A stretch of DNA of 50,248 bases from Girardia tigrina (Eukaryota). Shown piece after piece: positions 35,012 through 47,910 of the stretch. The stretch covers positions 55,462 through 105,709 of the forward strand of contig MQRK01217301.1 of the NCBI GenBank assembly GCA_001938485.1, written 5' to 3'. Position numbers and translations under genes: made by a program. Each line of letters starts with the position of its first letter. The first letter of the stretch is position 1. The notes beneath the pieces are model-generated. The model did no database searches. It was not told the origin of the DNA and saw nothing but the letters and a program-made list of their open reading frames with translations.

Positions 35012-36499
35012 TTAATAATCAATTAATTAATTGTAATTTAAAAATTATCAAAAATTAAAAGTAGTGTCGTCCCACGGTACCTTGAACCGCTTGATGTCCC
35101 CCACGACCCTTACTTACGTGTTCACCTGGAACTTTGGCCCTCCGGCTGTCTCCATGGCGCCCATATGCAAACAATCCTATACACATCAATCAATCACCAT
35201 TGAGATTTTTGAATGGTGTTATAGATTGCGATATTGATTTCAATTTATAAACTATTACAAAATAATCAATTAAAAATTAATAATAAACATTTATAAATTA
35301 TCAAAAAATATTTAAAAATTAGGGGGTTGTTCTGAACTCGCACACCAATAGGTACTGGATGTCGCTTGCGCGGAAGATAATTATATATCAGTAGTTTTAT
35401 TATGACCAGTTTATATATTATCTGTTTTTTAAGGCAAATATATATCTTAGCAGTTTTTATAGCATTCTATTTGCTTGACCTACGCTTTATTACGGAAACG
35501 AGCTAATGAGTCAAAGATCGTCACTAACTCGTCTACGCAATTTCGTAATTAGCACAGTAAATAAAATAAAGAAAATATAAATGATCGAATAAAAAACTAT
35601 AATTGTATACAACAATCGAACGGAAAGAAAGGCGGATATAGTACAAGAGTTGTTGAATCACAAAGGGATGCGAGAGATAAGACAAAATAAATAAATATCG
35701 CAATGTTATATACCGTAAAAATTGATGATTGTCACTTTGGATTCGACCACGAAATGATCTCCTAGTAGTGATGGGGGAAATGTTACTGACCAGATTAGAC
35801 GATGGATTGTTTCTTCGACGATTTTGTGTTTTATTTCGCCGTTTAATCTGAAGGATTATGTCCAGGACTCGAATGTCTCCGTATCCGATATTGGTCGAGA
35901 TGAATTAATCAATTCACTGACCCTAATTAGGCACGGAAAATTTGTTTTATCAATCAACAATCGTTGAAAGAATCCGAGAAGTAATAGCCGTCGATTTCAA
36001 TATAATTGAAATTTTAAATTGAAAAATGCTTTTAACTGTGATCAATTTTATTGATCAGTTATTAATTTTTTATATTCAAATTTGATAAATATTGCTAATA
36101 GCAATATTTATGATTAATTATTATAGTCAGTTTCCTGGCTATAACAAAAAAAAAAAAAATTTACAATGTAATAAAAAAAAATAAAACTAAAACCGTCTAC
36201 AAAAAAAAATCAACACCGACATATAACTGTTTTTTCCCTTGCCGATGCACACGCTCTCTTTCCTCTGGCACGCTAGTAAAAAAAACAAAAAAAACTTTCA
36301 AGCTCCACTTGGTACGCGAATAAACATACAAAAAAAACACATACGAAACAAAATAACGGGACCGCAAATGCAGGCGAAAATATTGTTACAGACTCAGCAG
36401 AACAAACACACACGCACAAATCCATCATCCAGACGTCACAGAGGGTCAGGCAAAACCAAGGTCCGCAACACACTTGCCACCTTTTTGCTTGGATGGTTC

Positions 36500-37150
36500 A
36501 AATGGATTTAGATTCTCGAGGGGCATAGTTACACAATTTACCGAAAGATATTGTTGAATAACCCGATATTCTTTAATATATATTTTTAATATATTTAATA
36601 ATATATTAATATATTTTAATAAACATGTAATATCTCTTAAGCATTTTTTTGCGTTTCTCATTTGGGTGGGAGATTTTCTGTTTCTTTCTTTGTTTGTGAC
36701 TTATTCTTGACGCTTGGTATTTGTTTTTTTCCAAACTTTTTGCCATTTGTTTAATTGTTTCATCTCTATTGCTTATTGTGTTAATTGATGATTTAAAATG
36801 TTTTTTAGATTATCGATTTTCTTTTCTAAATTTACCTTTTTTGATAAAACTTTCAATATCTCCTCTGCTTTTCATTTCAATTTTTTTCATACTTTTTTAT
36901 GTCATTGTTAATAAAACTGTTTGCTCAAAGTAAATCTTTGTTTTCTTTATCACTTCATGTTAGTTTGCTTTTTATATCTTCAATTTCTTGTTCTTTATCA
37001 TTTTCATATTTTGAATAATTTCTGATTTTCATCAACCCCTGCAACTATTGTATTCAAGTTGGGTAACGATTCTTCTTCCTCTAATCTTCTTTTCTTTTTC
37101 TCACTCATTCTATCTTCCATATTCTCTTTTCTTAATGCTGCGGTAAAAAA
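36500..37150 (-). mobile_element. Probable decayed non-LTR ORF1/gag-like sequence
   Basis: Broken Lys/Glu-rich frame (MEDRMSEKKKRRLEEEE...IYIKEYRVIQQ); no firm family assignment. Confidence 0.25.
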
Positions 37151-37642
37151 GCAAATTGCCGAAAACGAAAGACGCGATATATTACTATTTCAATGAATTG
37201 CGACAAATTGTATCCACATTTAATTAAAGCGAGTACAGTGACTATTTCTCCATGGACAATTCGAAAAGTATCAGTAACCATTCGTATAATGGTCAAGTGT
37301 TTGACATAATCAACAGACTAAGGGAGGTGCACTAGCTCGAGTAAAAGTCGCAGTTCCAGAAATTAAATCTCCTTCAATCGGAACAAGCGAAGAATAGCGC
37401 AGTAATAAATCACAATCAGAGAAAAGAATTGACTCGGATTCAGAGTGTCTTTTGTGATAAATTTTAATTTTAAATAATTTAATAAAAAAATAAAATTAAA
37501 AATTAACAAAAAAGTTTTGATTAAATAATCGCTGAAGGTCAAACAGAATATTTTGTGGGAATAACAATTTGAAATTGATCTCATTATCAATTTGTGTTGC
37601 AAATCTAAATCGATTAGTTTTAAATCAATTTATCGGTGAATC

Positions 37643-39747
37643 ATGATCGCCGGTTATTATTTTGACCAAAAACCGATCGTCGTTAAGAAAGTTCCTAATT
37701 TTTATTTGCCGAACAAAGAGATCTTTCAGTCGAGTGTTGGATTGGATTTCGAAAACAGATTGTAATAACAAATCGATAAATGACGAAATACTGATATTCG
37801 CTCATTTCTGTGAGATCGTCGGACCGGTGCCGCTGGTCGTTTATCCAAAGAAATACAATCTCTCGGTCGAAATAATTGATATGATTGTGCTGAAGGCGAA
37901 TTCTGTGGATTATCAGTCGTGTGAAAGGGGTGAAACCGTGTCTGACGCCACCACGCATTCTCTTATGCTCGATACCATTTTTTGTTGTTTACTTCACTCT
38001 CTGGGACATTTATGCTCGTGGATTCGTGCGACCATGCTGCATTATCGTTTGCTGTAGGGACGAAATAAGAGCAAGGGAACTGTTTGTGACCAAAGTCTTG
38101 GAGATTAGTCAAAAATTAAAACCGCTATTGAACGAAAATATAAAATATTTTTATCAGGAGTTAGAATCGAATTTTTAAAAAAATGTGTGTGTATATGTCG
38201 AATGACTGTGGAATTGCGTGGCCGTTTCTGATTGGCCGACATGTCAAAGAAACAAAGGCTCGAATCGAATTTTTATTATGGCTGTAAATCGATCGAATGA
38301 ACTATATATTTTTTTGGTTGTTTTAACGAGTCAATTTAATTCAATAAAAGTTTTTTGGCACGAAAATTCGTTTTAATTTATTTGCAAAAATTCGCCATTT
38401 TTGAATAAATGCTCTTTAATTAAATGTGTTTGATTGCATATTTCAACTGTTGATTCTATTTTACAAAATCGATGTCTAAATTAGTCAATTTCGATAAATC
38501 CAAGTTCAATATCGATTGTGGATTATTGATTTGAAATAAATAAGGACAAAACATAATTTCGCTTAAATAATTAAATTGATGTCGCTTAAATATTTAGTCT
38601 AATAATAATCATTGGATTAAGTCTATGTTAATTAGCAAAATACAACTCTGTTAATGATTGACAATTAGGTCTCATCTGACATTAAGAATTTAATCAGAAT
38701 TTATTGATAGTTTGAATAATGATCTTGATTAAGTGTAGTTGAACTTTTATTATGCTTGAAATATTTTTTGTTAAAAATCGATTTAACTCTTGTATTATTT
38801 GTATGATTCGATTTTGAACACTGAACAAAAATATCTCAACGTGTAAATAAAAGGTGTTTGTGTGTATGAATTGCGTGTGTGTGTCTAATTGGGAATTTGT
38901 AAAAAGAAAATTGAATTATAATGGTGCATGTGTGTTTTGATATGTGAGATGTAATTGTGTGTGTGTATTGTTGATTTTTTATCACAATAACAAAAACAAT
39001 AAAAAATTACATAATAAAATTGTTTAAATAGATTATTTGATAATAATCTATATATTATTATTATATATATATTATATAAGATTATTTGATAATAATAAAT
39101 AAAGTTTGGCGAACTTTTCAATTTTTAATTTAATGAATGTTCAAATGGTTTATAATAAAAAGAATAACAGATCAACTTATATTACTGAATAAAAATTATC
39201 TAAAGCATTTACATTTGATTTGGGAATCAATTTCAAAATCGGAGTTAAATTTCCAAATTCTTTTTTGTAATGAAATTTCAAATTCCTAAGGAACAAAGGA
39301 AATCCGAGCTCAATGAAACGTGATAGAAAAAAAACATCATTTATGAAAGTAAAACATGAATTATTATTTGTCGATTGTGAGAGCGTACCAGTGATCGAAT
39401 ATTTGCCGATTCTCAATAGGATAAAATACAATTTACGAATTATTTTCAAAAAATGTCTCAATGAATCTACCAATAAAATTATTCAAAGATTAATGAATAA
39501 CAAATTTGACGAATTGCAAAATGATTGTGATTCTTCTATAATAAATACTCCAAATAAAAAATTAAAGCTTTGTAAATCGATCTTGAACAAATATCTACGA
39601 ACTGCTCACCCAGTCATTGATAAATTGTTTGGAGTATTGAATTCTTATAAATCTTCGTCGACCATCGATGTTTTTAGTAATTATACTCAAAACAATTCGG
39701 CTGTTACAAAACAATATTCTACTAATGAAAAAAACTACTTCCTCTGA
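37643..39747 (+). pseudogene. SMCR8: SMCR8-like (FLCN/SMCR8 longin/uDENN) gene, frameshifted in this assembly; probable exons ~37643-38283 and 39291-~39740
   Basis: ILIFAHFCEIVGPVPL, LKANSVDYQS, FTLWDIYARGFVRPCCI and NIKYFYQELE match SMCR8 motifs as recalled (ILISEFSEQVGPQPL, RIMSVDYQ, LTLYDLEARGFVRPFC, NRKAFAGELE). The downstream ORF has NKKLK (DKKLK-like) after acceptor cctaAG 39290. One unavoidable +1 frameshift at ~37950-37985. Confidence 0.8.
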
Positions 39748-39749
39748 GA

Positions 39750-39910
39750 ATAAACAGATGGATCACAAAATTGAGTACATGCTTTAGAATTCTATCTAAA
39801 ATGTGGTGCTGACATCCAATGTATTGTGACTCTGGATAGTCTTTGCTGACCATTTCAGTTTTAAATTTCTTGGCTGTTTCTTTGATCAGTATTGACAACA
39901 GTTGTATCAC
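39750..39910 (-). mobile_element. hATm-like transposase fragment
   Basis: QYIGCQHHILDRILKHVL (CxHH motif). Confidence 0.55.
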
Positions 39911-41039
39911 AAACTGTTAAAAATAGATTCACTAATAAACCGCAATCTAGATTATCAATGAAACTATTTCTAACTATGCGCTTATAAGTAAAACAAATGA
40001 ATAAGTTCACGAAAATAATAATAATATATAATTCTAAATAATTAATTGAAAGAAACAAAAGAAAATAACGTGATATCACTAATAACAAGAAGGGAGTTAA
40101 TGGAGGAATAGTTAAATAATAAAATACTTTAAAGATTATCGTTGGTTTCGTCAATAATCAATATTTTCGTATTATGATGGCGTCATATAATTGCTCGAAA
40201 AAAAAGATGACATTGGTATATGTGGATTGTCGGATTCTTTGTAAAACATGTACTGTAATATTCGAATGATATTGATCAAGTTTTCTTGTAGAACTGGTTG
40301 TAATGAATTGTCTTTGATTTTTTCTTTTTATCGAAATCTGTTTGTAATTGAAAGGTTCGGTGGAATTAAACACTATTTGAGTGTAAAAACCGTTTTAGTT
40401 GATTAATTGATAACTATGACTTTGAACAGATGGATAACATCTCAATCTAAAAAGAAAGATAGTTAATTCAGCTTGAATGAATAATTAAAATATTTCAGGT
40501 TTAAAATCTGCAAATTCTGATCGATAATTAGATCAGTTAATTATTTTTTAAATTTTGAATTATCATTTATTAACAACCTTAAGTCGTTCATAGTAAATAA
40601 TTAAAATAGAAGAAAAAAATAATTTAATAAAACAATAATTAAATTAATAATTTAATAAGGTTAAATAATAATTTATAATAAATAATGATAACATAATGAT
40701 TACCTTGACAATTTATATAATTGATAATTTAATATAGTTAACTTGATAATAATATAAATAGGTTTTAAATGTATATAATAATGATAGCGAACTTAAAATT
40801 AATAATAAATAAATGTACTCCACTAATAAGGGTAATGAATTAGTATATTATTCTAATATAAATAGGTTATGTATATAAAAATGGAATAATTTAGTATAAT
40901 AATAATAGTAGTATAATAACGATAAAAAGTGTTTATATAACCTTAAGAAGATGTGTTGTCTTTAACTTGAAGTGACTTCTTAGTGCTGTGTTTTGTTTCA
41001 CTTGATTAATAGTGTTTGGTGTTTCATAGGTATTATATC

Positions 41040-41810
41040 ATACGAGTTTGACGTTTCTTAAATTGTATGTTTTTTATGTCGGTTGTTATGTGATTCTTAC
41101 ATGTTTTGTTGATATCGAAAGGTCCTTCAAATTTTTCTTCAAATCCAGACGTGTTTTAAATCTTGATAAAGACGTTTCTTTTATGTGCAGAATCTGAAGT
41201 GACGTTAATGGAAAGATGATTGTTGTGTTCGAAGTTGGTGAATAGTTCTAGATTGAATTTTGTTCCGTTTACATTTTCAAAAGATGATGATTTGTCAAAT
41301 TCGCAAGGTTTGAGTCTGAGTGCTAAAATTGTGTCATTTAGTTTTTCGAGCCAACTATGGTTGTTACATTTTGTTCGTAATGTTTGTTTGAGGTAGCTAT
41401 TAAAAATTTCGATCTTCCCGATGGATTGGGGATTGTAATGTGTCGCTTTGATTTTTTTTAATGTTGAGACTTGAACAGAGGTTAATAAATTCAACGGCTT
41501 GATATTGTTTTCCCTGATCGGGAACAGTGCAGTTTGGTGGTACGTATCTCGCTTTCCTATGTTTTTCAAATTTTCTGCAAATGGTGTTGGTTGTTATTCC
41601 TTTAATTGGGATTGATTCGAACCAGTTAGTTTTGCGGTCGATAATGTATAAGATATATTTGTGGTTTTTTTAATTGGAAGTGGTTGGATTAAATCTAAGT
41701 GCAGAAATTACAGTTTATTTAGTTCTTCCTATTTGATATTTGATAATTTAAGTTTTTAGTAATTTTATTTTTGTTGCAGGTCAAGCAATTGTGTGTGAAT
41801 GTCTTAATTT
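41040..41810 (-). mobile_element. Gypsy integrase remnant
   Basis: LHLDLIQPLP..YIIDRKTNWFESIPIK..ATHYNPQSIGKIEIFNSYLKQTLR..WLEKL..ILALR. Confidence 0.82.
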
Positions 41811-43656
41811 TGTAATTTATACAGATAGAAAATCATTGGGTCCAGTATAACTTTTCTAATTCCAAAACTTCAGCACTGCATCAACCGGCTGCTTACCGCC
41901 CGCTTCTCAGGGAAACTTGGGGATCGGGCGGAACCCATGCACTAACGATGAAAAATCTACATAACTACTCAGAAAAACATGCTTCATTTCATAATTTCAT
42001 AGAATATCGTTGGAGATTTTTTTATTAAGCATCATTATAAGCGAGATTGAATTTTCACAACTAATCAATGAAGAGGACTTCACTAACAAACAAGAGACAG
42101 TTATAACAGAAGCAAAACAAACATAATCATTAATAGTAAAAAAAAATCAAGGAATATGGTACGACAGTGGTATGCAATATTGGAAATTTTTCATTAAGAA
42201 ATGGAATGATTTCAGAGCAATTTTTTTTCATCATTGAATGTGCAAAAAATAAAAAACGGTATGAAAAAATTCGAACGACTTCAAGGTACCTCCGCTAGTA
42301 AATAAATAAAACAGAATCATAACAAACTTTTAAAAGATAAAAAACACTAAATATTAATAATACTAATTTATATTTAATCTCAGCAGTACAAAATTTTATT
42401 TCAGTATCTTGGAATTCAGGATTATAATTGAAAGATTTGTTAAGTCATGTCAATAAATTTATTTTCCTTGAATGGTAGTTTTGCTTACCCTAATATCATC
42501 TTCGTTTTTCAATTGAGCCAATGCTTCGAACAAAACGAAGTCTTTTGTATCATCCATATTAATAATTTCTCGAGCTCAACAACATAATTAAAAATGTCAG
42601 CCTATAAATGAGAAAATACGTTAGGAAAATTAAAGAAATTTTGAAAATATTGATTTTATTGTTTTTTACCAAAAAATATATAGAAATAGAAAGCTCGAGT
42701 TGTGTGCTTAGACATGAAAAATACGGTAAACAGAAATTTCAACACAAGAATGAATGAATTATTAATAATTACACGAGACAAATATAAAACAAGAATTAGG
42801 TATTAACATTTTATTAATATTAATCATTAACGTTTTCTTCATTGTAAATTAGCTAGTATACACAGGTATTTCAGTTTATCAACATCTAATGCATTCAAAT
42901 TGTACCCTTACACATCCATTGCAACCGCATCATGCAATGATGCATATTTTATTATTAGGGTGACACTAGTAATGCAACCTAAAATTTCTAAATATGCTCC
43001 AAAGTTTTAACCTTTATTTTTATTACATATATGTGGCATCTTATCTGCAAAAATTTGTTTTAATTGAGTTTTACTGGTGGCACAAGCTCATCAAAGATAT
43101 TGTACATACAGTATATTGAGAAATCTTTTGGTGTTACAACTCATCTGTTAATTTAATTCACATTTAATTCACTTATAGTGTAACTCGAAATTGACAGATA
43201 TTTCAGATTATAATAATAGTGGATATGTTTTTACAGTTATATAATCTAAAATTTTAAATTAATTTTCTTTCCAATATTTCCTCCCCAAATCACCTCAATC
43301 CGCGTAATGAGGAGTCAAATTACCGAGGTTGACGGTAAAGTCTTGAAACGTTGTACTTTTGTCCGAATCCTCGAGGTCGTTGGTCTGGAGATAGTAACTC
43401 GCTTTCTTCGAATTTGTTAGAATCAACGTCCGTTATCCGTATGATATTCGTATCGTGGAAAATTCGTATTTGAAAATTGAAAGAATTTAAGTAAGAATAT
43501 TATACGTACATACAGAATGTAAAAAAACTTACATATAAATTAAAACATGTAAAATAAAACCTACCATCACACACAAAATTCTAAAAGAAAATATAAATAA
43601 ATTATAAGTTATTTGATATAATTATAATATTACAATACATATAAATATATAAATAA

Positions 43657-43704
<48 letters not shown>

Positions 43705-44256
43705 AATCACAACTTTGTTCGTCAGGATATTTCTGGGGATCTTCTGATTCTGCTGCACGCTATGTAATTAGCATTTGTCTTTGATCCAAATTGCTAATAA
43801 CTCTTCGTTAGATTCCACGCTCATCACTATCGATTAATTCTTGCACACTCTTCCTCCACTTCTAAATCCGGTTCCCTTCGTCATTTCTGTTATTCCAATA
43901 CAATGTACTCAACTGCATTAACTAATCTCAAAATATGTTCTAAGAAATTTCGATGATCTATATCGAGAAGCAGCGCCAAAGGATGAAGCATTAAGCGAGT
44001 CAGGCCTGCTTTAATAAATAACAAAATATATCATTAAAATCGCTGTGTATGGTCGATAGTTCATAAATCATTCGTATATATTCGCCTTATTCTGTCAGTG
44101 TTTCTGTGATCTTGTGTGGGATTGTGGCGACAGAAAGTGCTCTCATGCAAATACAAAAGCGATTAAATGAAAGAATTGATAAAAGTGCATTCTATTAAAA
44201 GGAGTCGTGCTAATTAATAAACCAAAGAATTAAATCGCTTTTTAAAAAATAAATAA

Positions 44257-45447
44257 TTATAATTAGTGTTAAATCAATCGAATAATCAATAAAATCCACA
44301 AGTAAAACACATTAATCTAAGTGAATGGCATCATTTGATAAATCGTTATTTATTTTCAATATGAAAAGAAACGTATGGATCTTGATTTTTTACTGATTGC
44401 CAATATGGCGAAACTAGTATTGAAAAATAGCTATTTTTTGTTTTATTAACCCGATTGCCATTGGTATTAATTGATATATATATATATATATATATATATT
44501 GTTCCGCCCGACACTCAGGTTTCCCGAGAATCAGACGGAGGCAATAGTGTTGCGCATGGAAACTCTCTCTATCAAGTGCTGGGCCCATATTGAATTGATA
44601 TGCTTTTCAGGAAAAAGTCTTGTAGTACCATTAATGTATTGGCCAGGAACTTCAAGCCAATCTTTATTGGATTCACTTGACTTCGGAAGCATTTCTCGGA
44701 TATTATATTTCGATAGTTCATAAGAAAAATAGTCAAGGTTTTTGATTTTACTAATTTTTGATTTTCATTTTAATTTTTTATCAAAGATTTTATAAATTTT
44801 CGAAAATTGGAACTTGGATAAATAATGAATGTTCGAATAGTCGCTTTGAAAATTATCAATAAGAAAAGAACGAAATTGATTAGAAAAGTCCTCTTGAAAT
44901 TTCGATATAGAAGAAACAAATCTATTTGTTGATTTGGACAACCGATCACTCTCAAAGACAGTTGAATATATCATTTGATACTTTATAATTAGTGTTAAAT
45001 CAATCGAATAATCAATAAAATCCACAAGTAAAACACATTAATCTAAGCGAATGGCATCATTTACAATTAAATTTTTCTCAAACACAATTTTTTTATACAA
45101 AAATAACCCAAAAACGATGATCATTTGACGATCCCTTTCTTCTATTTCAAATTCATTGTTGATTTGATCGACCACATTTCAAATAAAAAGGTAAATTCAG
45201 AAAAAAAGATCTCATATTTCAAAATCGTTTATTTTTAAATTGTTTACAATCAAATTCTGATTATTTAAACAAAAATTGAATTTTATACGATTCTAATTAT
45301 TTTCGATAATAATAATTTTACAATTTCAACTTTTTTTCTCGATAATAATAATTTCCAAATCAAATTTACTTTTTTTCCAATTCAACAAATTTACAATTAA
45401 ATTTTTCTCAAACACAATTTTTTTATACAAAAATAACCCAAAAACGA
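44257..45447. repeat. Local patchwork duplication (44257-44336 = 44983-45062; 45059-45117 = 45389-45447)
   Basis: Two direct repeats (80 bp with 1 mismatch; 59 bp exact) fused through ATTT overlap. Confidence 0.9.
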
Positions 45448-45507
45448 ATTAAAATATCACAGTTTTTTTGCAAGGCAAATGACTAAAAAGAGAGCACGGA
45501 ATCCATT

Positions 45508-45554
<47 letters not shown>

Positions 45555-45559
45555 TGATA

Positions 45560-46420
45560 TTGATAACAATATAATAACAATAATTGAATCCCGAACATCT
45601 TCCCCCCTTTGAACTCATCTAGGTCAACACAATCTAATTTTATAAAACCATCATTATTGAAATTCAAATTCATCTCTGAGATTCGTTCTTTCATTTCTTA
45701 AAATTATCATCTTTCGAAAACGAGTAATTTATCACATATTCTCTCATAAATTCCAAACAAGAAATGCTCAGTCAAACAAATAATCATTCGTAAATAATCA
45801 ACTATATAAACAAAGAAGAATTGCTTCATCAAACTGTAACCATCTGAGCATGCCCATATTATTTTCTTGTCGGCAATCTTTCCATCAAATATCTTTTTCC
45901 TAAATTTCCATCGTGGAGTAATTTGATTCTTTCTAGTTCTGTTATTTAGACCTTTTTTCATTTCTGTGTGATATCTTATCATTACATGAATTTGAATATT
46001 CACCTTTATCTCTACCTCGATTTTTTTCTCTTTACTAGTGAATATTTTGTCTCTCAGGAATTTTCTATTCATGACCAACTCTTTACAACTCTATTCAAAG
46101 TAGTCGATTCTCTTGAGCTCATATTACTTCTCGATTCCAATATTTTCATCTCAGTGAAAATCAAGACTTCATTAATCTTTGCTTCCATATTCTCGAGCAA
46201 ATCTTTCCTATCAAAGAAATCATTCAGGTCTTCTGAAAGCGTGTCAATATCAAAATTATATTTTTTATTCAAAACTTATGTATCAAAATAACTCTTCATG
46301 CTTTCCAAAGACATGTCAATTTCGCCAATTTCATCTTTTTTCATCATTTTTTCATTCGCTCGGTCAACATTGTCTGATTTTCGTTATCTTTCTCGTTAAC
46401 ACAAATTAATGGTATCAGTT
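45560..46420 (-). mobile_element. Probable LTR retrotransposon remnant with PPT/LTR junction
   Basis: Minus strand AAAGGGGGGAAGA (45598-45610) followed by TGTTCGGG; upstream broken gag-like frames. Confidence 0.45.
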
Positions 46421-46429
46421 CCTTATCAT

Positions 46430-47910
46430 TTGTAATTATCCTTATGAATTCCTTGAACTCGACGGGCAGCTACTTCATAGTTGAACTGGTGGTGATATTT
46501 AACTAGTTTTACTGAGAGGAATTGCGTTGATGGCATGACATTGTTGAGTATTTTGTGGGATTAGTGATCAACAAAATCAGGGAGCGTTAGTACAATATTC
46601 TCAACATCCACACAACGTTGATTATTTAGGGCAGCAATCATTTCGATTTTTGTTGATACTGTTATATTTGGATCAAACAACGCAAATAAGACCAATTCAC
46701 TGCCGATATACGACAGATGTCTGGAGAATGCTGCAGTTGCTATCTTGGAAATACCAAAGTCTTTATACGATAAAAGTTTTTTTCATGAATGATAAGTCAT
46801 TTGTAGGTTCAAAAATGAATACTGAAAACAAAACAAACCGTCGCAGGCCAATTAACTCTGATTTCGTTATCTGAAATCGTTCACGGAACAGATAGATTTT
46901 AAGCACGTAGATAATTTTTGCAAGCCACCTTGCTCGGTGAACATCTCCTGGTGTCATGAAGTGAAAACTCCGGTCCGGAACATCCATAAGTAATATAAGG
47001 GATAGTTCAATTAATTCCTTGTAATCATCTCTAGAGTAATATAGTTATAATTGAAACTTGTAAAAAGCAACTTTTGTTGCATAGTCCGGATCAGAACAAT
47101 CTTCCGTTGATAGTGGCTGGAACTTTTCGGTTACTATATTGTGCCACTGAGTTTTAAAACGCTTGAATTGTGGAAAATCTGGACTACTTGATGTGACACA
47201 GTCACTCGGTATGTGTTTTGTCTGCAAAAATCTCAAAGACATGATGACGCATGTAAATGAAATTTAGTTGCGGTGAAGTTTTTTTCTGCAGTAATACACT
47301 GTAACCAATTGACTTTGATTTGTAACCAATTGATTTTTGAAAATATAATTAATAAATTTTTCAATACCTCTTCACTTTTATTGTTAATAATATGATTATT
47401 GTTAAATAGGCAAATCAAAGTCTAGATTTATTCTCTTTGATTTCATTAGGTAATTTTCAGCCAATCAAAAAATAGAATAGCAATTGATTAGGCAGGCCAT
47501 TACATGTAGTTAACCAATTTCATCTTAGTCTGGATCTGTCTGTCTTTATCAGCCACATTTGCGAAGGATATTTACCTTTTGAGCCTGCGTTCCTCTACAC
47601 CGGCCAGAAAAAAGTTTTGGAGTTCACAGACAAAAATCTTTTCCTTTTCGATTTGACGTTTCGATCGTCGGGGTTTTCCTTTCAGAAGCATACGTTATGC
47701 GATGAACAAACTTTTAATTTCTGTAATCATATGCTGTTTTACTTATTTTGTAATTCGAGCTTTCATGTACGAAATTTGTATTTCGTTATAAACTGTTATT
47801 GAAGCTTCATTTTTATCTTTATTCTCCACACGATACAGAAAGAAAAATTGCGAATAATATCCCCAATTGAATGAAGCTTATTTCCAGTTATAAGTGGAAT
47901 ATGAAGAACC
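46430..47910 (-). mobile_element. hATm-like DNA transposase pseudogene
   Basis: ITGNKLHSIGDIIRNF (N-terminus), SSPDFPQFKRFKTQW, RDDYKELIEL, TPGDVHRARWLAKIIYVLKIYLF. Family name recalled from memory, not verified. Confidence 0.75.

Noticed and set aside
43700-44010. Minus-strand RLMLHPLALLLD resembling the ASPP ankyrin-region start
   Set aside because: No ankyrin repeats follow; equally compatible with a decayed hAT transposase.
44499-44723. Coding-like stretches here and at 16660-17000, 35640-35930, 43270-43470, 48358-48820 and 49658-50248
   Set aside because: Mixed-composition sequence with stops and no motif I can recognise; may be further relics or exons but cannot be supported without a search.
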